DNA of 52,273 bases, from NCBI RefSeq assembly GCF_004010195.1, contig NC_057719.1, forward strand, positions 52,724,511 through 52,776,783. The letters are read 5' to 3'. Positions 1 through 12,433 of the stretch are shown piece by piece. The translations under genes were made by a program, and so were the position numbers. Origin of the DNA: Chiloscyllium plagiosum. Taxonomy: Eukaryota. Under the pieces are notes generated by a model. The model made no database searches, was not told where the DNA came from, and saw only the letters and a program-made list of their open reading frames with translations. Numbering within the stretch: the stretch's first letter is position 1; each line of letters starts with the position of its first letter.

Positions 1-140
1 GGTGACCTTTAAGCGGCAATTGGATAGGTACATGGATGGGTGCTTAAGCTAGGACAAATGTTCGGCACAACATCGTGGGCCGAAGGGCCTGTTCTGTGCT
101 GTATTGTTCTATGTTCTATGTTCTATGTTCTATGTTCTAT
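1..140 (+). mobile_element. 3' end of a CR1-type LINE with (GTTCTAT)n tail
   Basis: RT C-terminal codons (FKRQLDRYMD), the conserved 3'UTR motif tgggccgaagggcctgtt and a 7-mer tandem tail at ~106-140. Confidence 0.85.
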
Positions 141-269
141 GACACACACCAAGATCATAGAGTGGTGCTGGCTGCATCCCAGACCTTTCTTAGTACACAC
201 ACACTCAGCACACAGCTCAATTGTCACTGCTTTGCCTTGCTTTGCTTGCCTTGCCATGTCTTGCCCTGG

Positions 270-625
270 AATACCACACCTGTTACTGCATTGGCACTTC
301 AGCAAAAAGCCTAAAAACCTACAGTACTGCCACATTGACTGGCTGTTCCAGCACACACACACAACCAGGCTGCTTGTCATGCTTGTCAGTTGGGATCAGT
401 CTAAGGGATGGATATCTTGCTCTAAGGCACAGTGAGATATCAATATTCCACTTGCAACATGTGCCGGTTGCCTACAGACAAACACATTGCAACTTTTCAA
501 TCAAATGGTCATGCCTGAAAGTGTGTGGAGTTGTGTAGTCCTCCATCAAGTCAAGGCAGACAGCTATCTGTCAGGGGACCTTGATACACAGTCCATGGGC
601 TTGGCTATAGTCAGTCAACTTTTTG
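270..625 (+). mobile_element. Possible highly decayed Penelope-like GIY-YIG endonuclease remnant
   Basis: Frameshifted fragments (YCIGTSAKSL, PVA, F.SNGH, TL..P.GL) loosely resemble the C-terminal half of PLE endonucleases. Weak. Confidence 0.25.
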
Positions 626-1149
626 AGGAACAGTCAGGACACACAGGGAATAAGTTTACAGTCAATCCTGCAGTGCAATAATTGGAAATCAGGGGCAATC
701 CAGTATTGTTAGTCGGGGCTGCAAAGGACAGAGTTTAGAGGTTGAGTCAATCCTTTTCTGGAGTGTTCACCAAAGTTGGTCAGGACCTGGAGATCCCAAT
801 TCTGGGGTCTGTATGTTAAGCAGGGGAGAGGGTGACAGACGAGCTGAAGGGGAAAGGGCTGCTCGCTGGCAATAGGGGGTGGGATGAAAGCGTAAACATG
901 TGTTGAAGTGGGGAAAGGGGCATTGACAGGGGGAAGCTCATGATGTAAGGAGTTCACTGATACATAAAGAGATCACACGGATAGCTACTGGAGGGAGTTT
1001 ATTCATGATAGGGTTAGGCTCCAACATCACACAGTTCCAAGATTAGTAGCATTAAGATGTAAAGTCAGGACTAAAAGACCAAAGAGGAAAGTCGGAAATG
1101 GAGCTCAGTATCCGTTTCTGGGAATTGTTGGAAATGGGCTGTCAGGATA

Positions 1150-1960
1150 TTGTAAAGTAAAAGGGCACCGGGAGACTCTGGAGTGCTCTCTGGAAACCAA
1201 CTGGAGTCGATCTGGGTGCCCATGGCCACACCCGGAGGAAATGGGAGGAATTAAAGGAAAACTTATTAAAGGTGAGGACTAGCTTGGCGAGGCTGAGGAG
1301 GCTATTGGTGAAGGGGGTCAGGATGGGTCTGTTGTAGAGAAAAAACTGAGGGCCTGCAGGCCATCCTTGTGGGGTATGGGTGTGTATAAGGACTGCATGT
1401 CCATAGTTAAGATAAAGCGCTGGAGGCCGGGAACTGAAAGTTATTGAGGAGATAGAGGGCATGGTTGGTGTCATGGATGTAGGTTTGAAGTGCTTGAATC
1501 AAGGCAGAGAATATGGAGTCGAAATAGGACAGGATGAGTTTGGTGGGGCAGGAGCATGCTGAGATGGTAGGTTGGCCAGGGTTGTTGGGCTTGTGGATCT
1601 TGGGGCGCAGGTAGAACCGGGCAGTGCGGGGCTGGGGTACAATGAGTTTGGAGGCGGTGAGGGGGGCTCACCGGAGGCAATGAGACCACAGACAGTGTGA
1701 GGAATTTTGGCTTGATGAGTCACGGTGGGGTCATGGTCAAAGGGGAGATAGGACGTGGTGTGGTAGAGTTGGCGTTCGGTCTCTGCGACATAGAGGTCCA
1801 TTCTCCAGACTACTACTGCCCCACCTTTGTCAGCTGGGTAAAAAGTGGAGTGCTCCGCATTCAGAGGGGGTGAGGTTGGAGTAGGTGAAGGGGGTGGAAA
1901 AATTGAGGCGGCTGATGCCATGTCACGAACCAGAATAGGGAGGCTTCCAGTGTTGCCCAG
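1150..1960 (-). mobile_element. Penelope-like element reverse transcriptase remnant (frameshifted)
   Basis: PADKGGAVVVWRMDLYVAETERQL..TTSYLPFDHDPT and LAKLVLTFNKFSFNSSHFL, plus MDMQSLYT and MGT in shifted frames, are characteristic PLE RT motifs. Confidence 0.85.
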
Positions 1961-2803
1961 ATAGACTGTGCCGCGTCATCTTGGCATGCTGTGCTCTGCA
2001 AAACTGGATTAGACAATGAGGCAATGTGCTGGATGCTGAGGGACTGGGCGGAGGGGATCCATTTTTGAAGAGGAGAATGAGGACAAGGACATTGGGTGGA
2101 AGGAAGTTTCCTTATGGATAACAGAGCTCAGCTGTGTCAGGAGCTACAAGCCAGAACCTCATTGACACATGCCCCCAATAGATGACAGTTGGGAGCAGTA
2201 AAATAGTCATTGGATATCATGCCAACATTTCATTTGTATTGTGCGGGTGAACAGCACCCACTCTTAGTTTTATTTGTATTTGTTTTTGATGAATCTTAAT
2301 AAAAACTCATCATTGGAATTGTCCAAATACTTTCCAACTGTGACAGAGTCCACTGGACAATGAACAGATGTTGGTCTGTGTGGACGTTAGGAACCGAGAA
2401 AGTGGTCGACTGAGTGGTAACCTGTGTGACCTTCTGACTAAACTGCAACTGGGCCAAACCGTGGAGTTGTGTGTGCCCAGAAGTGTAAGCCATGCCAGCT
2501 GTAAGCTGTCAACAACATGTGTTAGTGAAGGGCAACTTTGAGTGCCAATAGTAGACCAGGTTATTGGCTAGAGTTTAAAGATGGCACAGGTGCCAAGTAT
2601 TTCAGTCCATTCTGGGATATCTGTGAGTGGTGAGTTCTTCTAGCTTTGGCAAATAAGAGAATTGGGTTTGAGAAATAGGGGTGCCATAGCTATATGGTAG
2701 CTAGTTAATGAGGTCAGTTTGGAAGAAATGGTGATAAAGCTCACTAAGCCTCGCAGGGAGAAACCCTTGTGAAACTCGATGAAATTGACACTGAGTCAAA
2801 ATA

Positions 2804-2953
2804 GCTGAAAATGTGTTGCTGGAAAAGCGCAGCAGGTCAGGCAGCATCCAGGGAACAGGAGANNNNNNNNNNNNNNNNNNNNNNNNNNNNNNGCGCTTTT
2901 CCAGCAACACATTTTCAGCTCTGATCTCCAGCATCTGCAGACCTCACTTTCTC
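2804..2953 (+). mobile_element. Fold-back Penelope-type terminal-repeat element (family 1); centre is a 30-N gap
   Basis: Inverted arms gctgaaaatgtgttgctggaaaagcgc / gcgcttttccagcaacacattttcagc; 15-bp direct repeat cactgagtcaaaata at 2789-2803 and 2954-2968. Confidence 0.85.
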
Positions 2954-3351
2954 CACTGAGTCAAAATATTAAAGTTGTGGAGCCTGTAATTGTAAGCAAT
3001 TGTTTAAACCAAGTTTTGAGTTTAACATCTATCAACCGGTTTTCTTATTAAACCTAACTATTGATTCACTATGAAAACCAAACTTAATCAGTGAAGACAC
3101 AGTGAGTGGTTCACCTACACAGCCAGTAACGTAAAAGTACAACCTCTTACTTCTAAATTTCTCAAAAACATTTACACACTCATATGCACTTCACGAAAAG
3201 AAAGAAAAATGAATTTCTGTGGAGAGATAGGCTTTCTAAAAACAATCTAACTTTGTATTATTAAAAAAGGATTCCATGTAGAATGATCTGAAGACTCCTG
3301 TTCTGAAAGTTGTAGCATCTTTGGTTGAGCTACTGATCATGCAGATAGTCA

Positions 3352-3680
3352 GAGAGTCATAGAGTCCTACAGCATGGAGATTGACCGTTTGGCCCAAACT
3401 GGTCCAGGCCGACCAAAATGTCCATCTAGTCTAAACCCATTTCCCTGCACTTGTCCCATATCCTTCTAAGAACTTTACTATCCCTGTATTTGTCCAAATG
3501 CCTTTTAAATGTTGTTAATGTACCTACCACAATGACTTCCGCTGGCAGCTCATTCCATGTGTGTACTACCATCTGTGTAATAAAAGTTATCCCTCAGGTT
3601 CCCTTTTATTGTTTCCCCTCTAACCTTAAGCTGATGCCCTCTAGTCCCCGATTTCCCCAACTCTGGGAGAATGTCTTTGG
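3352..3680 (-). mobile_element. CR1 LINE 3' fragment
   Basis: Starts with the reverse-complement octamer tail (gagtcataga) and is similar to 22800-23100. Confidence 0.8.
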
Positions 3681-4624
3681 AATCTTACAGAACCAACTCA
3701 CTTAGGAAATACTGAGAAGTTTTGCCAATCACTTTTTCAGTAGAACAATTAAGTTTTACCCTGAAATCAACAAGAGGATTATTTTCAGAAATCAGAAGGC
3801 CTTCTTCTTAGAATTCATGGCCCAATTGAAAGACCAGATACCAAACCACTTTCTATCCAGCCATTGTCCAACCAGTTCAGCAGGTTTCAACAAGCAGACA
3901 ATTATCACCAGGCAATGTCCAAAGTGATCTCTGAATGACTCCTTTTGAAGAAATCTGTTCAGGTATTTCTACAAAACCTGAAATAAATTCCCTTTCGTGC
4001 AATCCAAGAAGCCAATTCCTTCAAGAAATTTAACGTTTAAATCCACTCTGCCCAGGTTTTTAAAAAAAGTGTTCTCCTCAGTGATTATTTTTACCGAAGT
4101 GAAAGAGAGGAATATTTGTTTCAGCAGAACTCCAATACATTTCAGTGAATAGATTTAGTTTTACATTCAGCATACTTTCATCAGATTGTAATATTTTTTG
4201 ATGGTGTAAAATGTCTTCCTCACATTGGAGTTCCTTGGGTGAAATAGGAACATTGCTAATTTTAGTTGTGCCAGAATTTGTTCAAATTGCCTAGCTGACA
4301 ACTAGTTTCCTTTTACTTTGTAGCTGTCAAAAATGATTTCCAGTTCCCTACGATAGCCTTTATTGGTCAGCAGGTGAGGAGATTGGGTAATGATAGAGAA
4401 ATTGCTTCTTCATTATTTTATTCACTATTCATCCTTCAAATAATACTTGGCAGTTGTTTCAGCTTCGTGCTGTCTTAGAGTAATGTATGTGGATAGCAGT
4501 GAAGGTATATGTCCTGTGAACTTCCTATCATGTGAAACAGCTTCCATTACTTAATTCTTCAACACAGTTCCTATCCATTTTTACTGGGCTCCTGGAGATT
4601 ATTCTAGGTGAAGCTTATCTTAAG

Positions 4625-4803
4625 CATAGAGTCATAGAATCCCTTCAGTGTGGAAGCAGGCCGTTCAGTCCATTGAGTCCACACCGACCCTTTGAAGAGC
4701 ATCCCAGCCAGACCAGCCCCTCTACTCTATCCCTGTAACCCTGCACTTCCCATGGCTAATCCTGCATGTCCCTGGACGCTATTTACCATGACTAGTTCAC
4801 CTA
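4625..4803 (-). mobile_element. Degenerate SINE/CR1 3' fragment (HE1-related)
   Basis: catagagtcatagaatc tail; aggccgttcagtccattgagtccacaccgacc resembles the HE1/CR1 3' end. Confidence 0.6.
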
Positions 4804-5298
4804 AATAAATAATTTATTTGTTTTCATTAAATCTTTATTTTCTTCAGTTGAAATCTTATTGGTTTTCAAGATTGCTGAAGATTTTGGGCAGCAGGGCTGC
4901 ATCAGTTGCACTCATGCATATGTCATTGTTCTTGCATTTTGTAATGCTGTATCGGTTTATTCCATGGCAGATTAGGCCGCTCCCTTTCACAGATGACTAA
5001 TTTGTATTTTCTTCATGACACTGTCTTCTGTCTTAACCCCAATCCCAATTTAAAACAAAAGTCAGTCCTGGCAATATTTGTAAAGATCAAATCAAAGTAA
5101 TCACACTAGCACATGGCAATGCAATTCTGATCCACAATAAAGCATGTGTTACTCTGCATGTTGCCTAATTAATAGTCTTACTGCACAGTCTAATAGGATA
5201 TTGAAACATATTTTAAGTCTCACAACCTGGCATCTCTTCACTGAATTTGCATTTGAATTATATTCTTAACGAAGAAAAGCAATAGCATTTAAAAGGGA

Positions 5299-5515
5299 CA
5301 AAACAAAAACAGAAATCAGTGGAAAAGCTTAGCAAGTTTGACAGATTCTGTGCAGAAAAATCAGAGTTAACATTTCAGGTCCAGTTCCCATTTTGAGGAA
5401 GAGCCACTGGACCTGAAACGTTAACTCTGATTTCTCACCACAGATGTTGCCAGACCAGCTGGGTTTTTTTCAACAATTTCTGTTTATGTTTCTGATCTCC
5501 AGTGTCTGCTTTCAG
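5299..5515 (+). mobile_element. Fold-back element, family 2, with decayed hammerhead-like centre
   Basis: Inverted arms aaatcagagttaacatttcaggtccag / ctggacctgaaacgttaactctgattt; centre ttgagga..gaaacgtta. Confidence 0.7.
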
Positions 5516-6129
5516 TTTTTAGAAATGAACAGAGTTAGTTCACAAAGTCCTGAATGCTTTGTGTCCTTTTGTCCCTCAGAGGGCTTTGGTCGCCCACCTT
5601 CCAAAGATTCAGTTGTTATTTTGCCATACTGAAGAGTTCTCATTTTCAAGTATCATAGACAATTACTGCAAAACTGACTGATTATATTTTTTATATATGG
5701 GCACAGCTGCTACTACGCAGTACATAAAAATATTTTAAAGCAGTTGGAATAACCATTGACAGCCTTCAAAGTCATAGTCAAAGAGATCCACAGCACAGAG
5801 AAAGACCCTTTGGTCTATTGCATTCATGCTGGTTAAAAAAATACACCTGACCTTTCTAATTCTAAAGACCATCCAAAATGTAATTGATGCTTGGATGTTT
5901 AAATCTGCTTTATTTTAAGTACCAATTTTAAAAATATGAACTCTGAATGTCAAGCATTACACAAAGTGCGCACAATATAATGTATGTGCTTGTATGTATC
6001 TTTGATTGTGGTTACAACCAGGTGAGAAGGAATGATCATCTCTCTTCTTTTTAAATTCTCTCTCAGTTGTTTAGCACTAACTGTCACACTTAAATTAAAC
6101 TTAATTAACCAGATGAAAAATGAAGGACA

Positions 6130-7620
6130 GCTAATTCCAAGGTTTCCTCAAAGCATGGAACAGACTTACAATTGACATTTCTGCAGCAAAGCACATTCCA
6201 GGCTGTGGCTGTGATGAATATGGGTTTGTAAGCAGCAACCAGCTGCAGGAGCATTTGTTTCCTGTGTTGTACTGATGTAAAGCTCCCAGGAGGTCCAGAA
6301 GGCTGGCTTGTGCTGCTAGCCTGAGAGATGGCAGTGTCATGGCAGGTAGACTCCTTTTCAGTGGGTTTGGATCCATGCCTTCACTTATCAGCATGACAGC
6401 TAGTATAATAGTAGTTATCAGACCTGAAAGCCTTGAGGAATGCAGCTCCACTGGTGCTTGCAATGAAACAAAAGCTTTTCTAATGTTGCTGCAAACGAGA
6501 TTTGGAGACTGAAGACTCACAACTTTGTTGCGCATCCTCAGAGACTGAACTCAGAGCCTGCTCATTCCTTGATTGATCTTTTTATATGCCAGTACCTGTG
6601 AGTCTTATATTCCATAACTGTGAAGCTATCAGTAACTTTCTTCATTGGAGAAGTCAGATTTCCTCCCCTGCCAATATTTTTACAGGAAGTGAGCAATTGG
6701 ATCCATCTTTGGGAGTAATGCAGAGAGGAATGGGGAAGGGAACATAAAGTGGATCCTTGTTGCAAGGATTTCTGTGTTTTGGCCTCCATTTCATACTGAC
6801 ATAATCACATCCAATGACAATGACATTGGTTCTTTGCCACTCCTATTTATCATCATTCTCCCCTTGCTGTCAATGTTGCTCTGCAGCATCTGCATAAAAG
6901 GAGTGTACGATGTAAAACTGGGTGAGTACGACCTCCTTGAGATTAAGGAGACAGAGAATGTGGAAGCTTGCAACTGTATAACTCTTCACATCATGGTGCT
7001 GTGTATTGAGATAATTTTAATTCCCAGGACTCATTTCCATTAGATTAGTGTGTATGAAGCACATAATATCATAGCAAGCCTTCTGTGGGGATCTATTTCT
7101 TAAAGCAAATTTGCACTTCTGCTTTAGTTTCCAAATTGCAACAGCATAGAAGAGTTTCAGGGCTCCCAGCTGGCTTTGTGGTGCCCCTTTAATTCTATAA
7201 GTCAGGCAACTGTTCAACACCTGCACAGGCAACAACCATGACAGTTGTAAGTGTAGATGTTGGTAGCATCAAAAGCATCACCCATCATCAATAGAAGGTT
7301 CAATTATCTCACAACAGCAGCAAGGTTGACTATGACTCTTCACCTCATCACTTACATCATCTGTACTTGGCAACAGTTTAAAACTGCTCTTTCAAACTCA
7401 ACAACTACCACCACATTTTCAAAAAGGTCCTTCTTGAACTGCTATACAATGACAGTAAGACAGCCCGATACATCTTTCTCTCATCCTAAACATATCCACC
7501 TCCTTCTTTCTTCTCTGCACCCTAGCCTCTTCCCACATCCCAGCATCTACATAACCACTAACTCCTCCCAGCACTCCTTTCTCACTCCACATTTCACACA
7601 AATGTTTTTATCCTTCCCAA
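6130..7620. mobile_element. Probable decayed PIF/Harbinger relic(s)
   Basis: Minus 6790-7010 loosely resembles the HARBI1-type C-terminus (SYSP..MLQSN); plus 7290-7330 encodes RRFNYLTTAAR, like the RKKFNDL end of the Harbinger Myb/SANT protein. Very decayed. Confidence 0.3.
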
Positions 7621-7745
7621 ATCTTCTCAAAGGTTATTACAAACTCTAAAGAATGGATTATTCACCTTAAACATGTGGCCAGCTTTGTGAGGCAGGCTTG
7701 TTTTCAAAATGACTTTTTTTTAAATACAAGCACAAGGATCATGGA

Positions 7746-7891
7746 GGAGAAAATGAGGACTGCAGATGCTGGAGATCAGAGTCGAAGAGTGTTTCAGGCA
7801 GAAGGGCTTAGGGTTTATGTCCGAAACATCGATTCTCCTGCTCCTCTGATGCTGCCTGACCAGCTATGCTTTTCCAGCACTACACATTTCG
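7746..7891 (-). mobile_element. Fold-back element family 1, internally deleted
   Basis: ggagaaaatgaggactgcagatgctggagatcagag arm; centre gtccgaaacatcgattctcc; imperfect 14-bp direct repeat acaagg(at/gc)catgga at 7732-7745 and 7892-7905. Confidence 0.75.
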
Positions 7892-7926
7892 ACAAGGGCC
7901 ATGGAACCTCAATTGATGCTGAATTC

Positions 7927-8090
7927 GGGTGCTGGCAAGTGAGACTAGATTGGGGTTGGGATTGTTTCCATCTCAGATCCTGAGGTATCTTCAATGCTGG
8001 ATGGAGAAGGAGATCCCACTGGTTCCATTGGACGGTTTGGACCGAAGGGTCTGTTTCCATGCTGTACATCTCTATGACTCTATGGCTCTG
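7927..8090 (+). mobile_element. CR1 3'UTR fragment interrupted by a 62-bp foreign insert
   Basis: gctggcaagtgagactagattgg ... ggaccgaagggtctgtttccatgctgtacatctctatgactctatg matches the 3' end of the CR1 at 22800. Confidence 0.8.
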
Positions 8091-8271
8091 TGGTAGCCTT
8101 TTGTAGAAATATTAGAGAAATAGGTCCAAATTCATGGTACAGTCGAATGTGCTTATTTGTGTCTAATTTACACACAATAAGTCAACCCAATGTGATCAGG
8201 CTCTTGGAAGCATTCCATCCAAAAAAGTAGGTTAACGCCCACGTAACTATTCCTAATTCTCTGATCCTTTC

Positions 8272-8498
8272 AGAAATAACTCCACAGAGGCCTGTATCCC
8301 ATCTCCAACTCAGCCTTTGTTTACATGTGGAGAATCCTCACAGTGAGCCAGCTTCCTCAGAGCCAGCTCAGAGTGAAAAGAGCCTCTGACACTCTTGTTT
8401 GACATATATGTCAGCTATGACTCCCTGATAGGACCAGATTAACATCTCTAATCAGAGAACTCATATTCCAGGAGGCTGACCTCCTTACAATCACTGCA
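8272..8498 (-). repeat. 3' LTR of the Gypsy element
   Basis: Similar to 12207-12433; begins TG on the minus strand directly after the polypurine tract ggggaggaa (plus 8499-8507). Confidence 0.75.
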
Positions 8499-9808
8499 TT
8501 CCTCCCCTTCGGAGTCCAAGGATACTGACCAGTTTTATTTTGGAGCTCCTCCTGCAGTGTTTTAGCACCAGTTCAGGTTCTTCCAACTGCTGCCTCTATT
8601 ACGGATAGCGTGTAATGTACAGTAGCTCGCCTCATGAGCCCGGAGTGTTTCAGAAGAAACTCATTCTCTTCTTTAGGTGGCAAAGGAGTCAAGGCAGCAA
8701 CATCCATTGTTTCTATCTCAGATTCTGAGGTATCTTCAATGCTGGATGGAGAAGGAAGATCCTACTGGGTCTGAAACAGTTGGAGAGACAGTCAATGAGC
8801 ACATTGCTCATTGTGCTTGTTTGAACGGTTGCAGCTTTCATATAGTCCACATACTTGTTCAGGACCGTCACGCCTACCAGAGCTTTATATGTCACTGGAG
8901 CTGACCTCACATCGACCATGCCTCTTACCCAGGCAGGGCCATTTCCGTAGTTCCTACACCAAAATTCATCTCGCTTAGTGGAGTCATGTGTCCGGCATTA
9001 GTGTTCCCGAGGCCGTTTCACCCTCCCCCCAGGACTGGGAAGATTAGATTTAATCTGGTGCAGAGTCTTCTCCCCATCAGCAACTCTGCTGGACTATCCC
9101 TGCACTTGCATAAAAAGTGGTTCTATAATCAATAGAAAACTGGATTGGTTGCTATTTTGTGAAGCTGTAGGGTGTTTTATTAAGCCTGCCTTCAAAGTTT
9201 GGACTGCTCTTTCTGCCTGACCATAATCGATGGCATGGAGCTCTCCTTACACGATGAATACCATACGATGTTAAGAAATGCTCAAATTCCCTGCCACATT
9301 ATCTATGACCAACATCCCTGGAAGTCCTTGTATTGTAAAAGATACATGCAATTTTTAAATCTATTCTGTCATTCTGTGTTTGACAACTGAACTGTATGCA
9401 AGTCCAGCCACTTTGAGTGGGCCTGCACAATGACTAAGAACCTAGAGCCATGAAAGGACCTGCACAGTCGGGTTTACTCGGCCATTCACATTGAATGTGG
9501 GGAACTGCTGGTGGTAATTCTTCTCCTTGTTGGCACTCTGGGCAATGCCCCATCAAGGCAGCTGTGTTTGCATCTAATCCTGGCCACCAGACACAACTTC
9601 TAACCAACATTTTTACTTTGGAAGTCCCTGGGTGACCCTGGTTGAATTTAACCAGTGATCTTTGCTCAGGGCAATCACTCTTTCTTCTGATATTAATATG
9701 CCGTCCTCTACAGTGATATGGTCTTTCTGGGTCCAAAAAGGTTTCAATTCTGGTTGTGATGGCCCTTTGGTTTCTCCCATCACCACCAGGTGCTTCAGTT
9801 TTGCCAGG

Positions 9809-10025
9809 GTCAAGATTAGAGTGGTGCTGGAAAAGCACAGCAAGTCAGGCAGCATCCGAGGAGCAGGCAAATCGGTGTTTCAGGATAAAGCCCTCATTCC
9901 TGATTAAGGGTTTTGCCCAAAACATTGATTTTCCTGCTCCTGAAATGCTGCCTGACCTGCTATGCTATTCCAGCACCACTCTAATCTTGACTCTGATCTC
10001 CAGCATCTGCAGTCCTCACTTTCTC
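9809..10025 (+). mobile_element. Fold-back element family 1 inserted in Gypsy pol
   Basis: Inverted arms; centre cctgattaagggttttgcccaaaacatt; perfect 14-bp TSD tcagttttgccagg at 9795-9808 and 10026-10039. Confidence 0.88.
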
Positions 10026-12206
10026 TCAGTTTTGCCAGGACCTGATCTTTCTGCGTTCAAAGTCTGATATTGTCTGATACTAGACTTTTCCAGTGGCAGT
10101 ACCATCATAGTGTATCTGCCAATAGGAGCCAGCTCAAGGCATCCACGTTGCTATTTGGCCTCCCGATGGTTTTCCAATTTGTAATTGTATGTTGAATTCA
10201 GCCTGAAGCTATGGGCAACACTGCCTTGTCCTCTTGAAGTGCACCTAGCAGGGTTTTCTGCTCCATTATTATTACAGATTTACATCCATTGGTGGAACAT
10301 AATGACTCCAAAATATGACCACCAAACCATCCTTCTCTATCTGTGCGCATTTATGTCCTGCATTGCCAAAGTCCTGGATGCATACACTATTTGGCATTCC
10401 TCTCCATTGGGCCACCTATGACTTAATACGACACAGATACCATACGGGAAAGCATTGCATGTCAATGCCAGATCTTGCTTGAGATCATAGTGTGCCAACA
10501 CCTTAGAGGATGATAGTTGTTTCTTCACTTCCCTGAAAGTTATGGCTTGGCTACATGATCATTTCCAATGCTGGCCATTTTTGAAGAGGTGATGCAAAGA
10601 CACTAGGATGGACACCAGGTTATATATGAACTTTCCATAATAATTCACCAGCCCAGGAAAGACCTAAGCTCCGGTACTGATGTTGGAGCTGGGACACCTT
10701 TGATCACCTTGACTTTATCTTCAAATAGGTGTACCCTGGTTCTGTAGCCCAGGCAGGTCACTTGAGGTGCCAGGAACATTCATTTTTCCCTTTTAAGGTG
10801 TACCTCCACCTAAGTGAAACGTCTAAGGATTACTTTCAAGTTCTCTAAATGTTACTTATTGGTCTTCTCTGTTTTTGGCACATCACCTAGATAAATAGAG
10901 ACCTTGAGTAGACTTTGTAAAATGTTTTCCATCATCTGCTGAAAAATTGCACAGGCTAATGACAGCCCAAATGGCAGTCTTTTATAATGGTACAAACCCT
11001 TATGGGTGTTAATTGCAACATTCTTCTGGGAGTCCTCAGCTAACTGCAATCGCAAGTACACATGAGTCATGTCCAGCCTCATGGCCCCTCTGCAAACTTT
11101 ACATATACATCCTCTATGGAAAGGATTGGGTATTGTCCAGCTGTGAGAAGCAGTTTACCATTTTTTAAAAATGCCCAGAAACTGATCCATTGCCCTTCAT
11201 AATCGATGCTGCCCAATCTGCAAACTGGACTGGTTTGATGATTCCTCCAATTTCCAACCTTCTGATTTCTGTCTCTCCTTTTGCCCATAAGGCAAGTGGC
11301 ACTGGGCAGGCCTTACAGAATCATGGAATTGCTTCCTGATCAACATGCAAGGTGATCTTGGCTCCTTTGATAATCCCTAGACCTTCCTGAAAAACCTTCG
11401 GGTATTTAATTAGGATTTCACTCTGTCAGTCATTTTTTAATTGCAGAATGTTGAGCCAGTCTAGGTGAATCTTTTTTAACTAATTTTGCCCCATCAAGCT
11501 TGAGCCCAAGCCTTTCACTGTAATCAGTGTTAACTGAACCAGGTGTCTGTCAGAAGAGGCCAGAACCAAAGTTGTTCCCTTAATCTGTAAAGATTCGTTG
11601 GTATTGGTTCTTAGGCTAGCTATAGTCTTGCACAAACTTAAGAGTTGGAGTCCAGAGCAAATTTTGTTCAAGACAGGTTCTGCAACCATTGGTATCAAAT
11701 TCCAGAACTGGGTGACCATTTAACCAGATGTTTATTTTGATTGGTTCTGATTCGGATGTGTTTAGACAATTTAACTGTCCCAAACCAGATGTAGGTGAAC
11801 TTTCCAGGGTCTGCATTCTCCAGGATACTGACCTATGAGTTCTCTTATTTAATTTAGGACTAGTGGGATTCTTTTGCTCCCACAAGTCTGCAAGCCAGTA
11901 GCAAGCACAATAGCTTGCTGGCCTGGATAATGAAGAAACTTTTAGCAATATGTCCAAGACTGTTTTTTTTTGGAGTTTTGCTATGGGTTGACTTGTTCAG
12001 GATATTGTTGAGGCTATGTTACTGCCTTCACTCAAGTGGTATTCCCCAAGCTCAGTTGGACTGGTGATGGTGTCCATTGCAACTCATATGCTTGACTTAC
12101 TGTGCTTTCCAATGATAAAGCCAGTTGTACTGTTTGCAGTCTAGTTGTGCTTCAGTTAGTAGACACTTTTTCATAGTTACATCATTAATCTCACTCCTGT
12201 CACCAC

Positions 12207-12433
12207 TGAAATACTTCACAGAGGACGTTACCTGTTATCAAGTCACCCTTTATATGCATGTGGCGAGTCCTTGACACTGACCAAGTTTCCTCAGAGCCAG
12301 TTCTCAGAGTAAAAACAGAACGTCAGACACTTCAGTTTTTATCAGTCAGCCAGGGCTCCCTGATTTGACCAGACTAATCAGGGAACTCATATTTAATGAG
12401 GTCCACCTGGCTGACCTTGTTATAATCATTACA
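12207..12433 (-). repeat. 5' LTR of the Gypsy element
   Basis: TGTA...TCA termini on the minus strand followed by PBS-like gtggtgacagg. Confidence 0.8.

Larger units (their letters stand above)
8272..12433 (-). mobile_element. Decayed Gypsy/Ty3 LTR retrotransposon (Mag/K02A2.6-like) with two LTRs
   Basis: Order protease (WLNGHPVLEFDTNG), RT (INTHKGLYHYKRLPFG..AIFQQMMENIL..IYLGDV), RNase H (LAHYD..ALTCNAFPYG..IVYASRTL), integrase (HPGTSKVKMLVRSCVWWPGLD..CPECQ); many stops and frameshifts; gag largely deleted. Confidence 0.92.

Noticed and set aside
2804..2953. Fold-back elements as MITEs or miRNA genes
   Set aside because: Arms are asymmetric and TSDs are long and variable, unlike cut-and-paste elements; no evidence for miRNA processing.
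4860..4990. Ly6/uPAR-like Cys spacing on the minus strand (GLICHG..KCKNNDICMSA)
   Set aside because: Incomplete cysteine pattern, no splice acceptor, stop follows.
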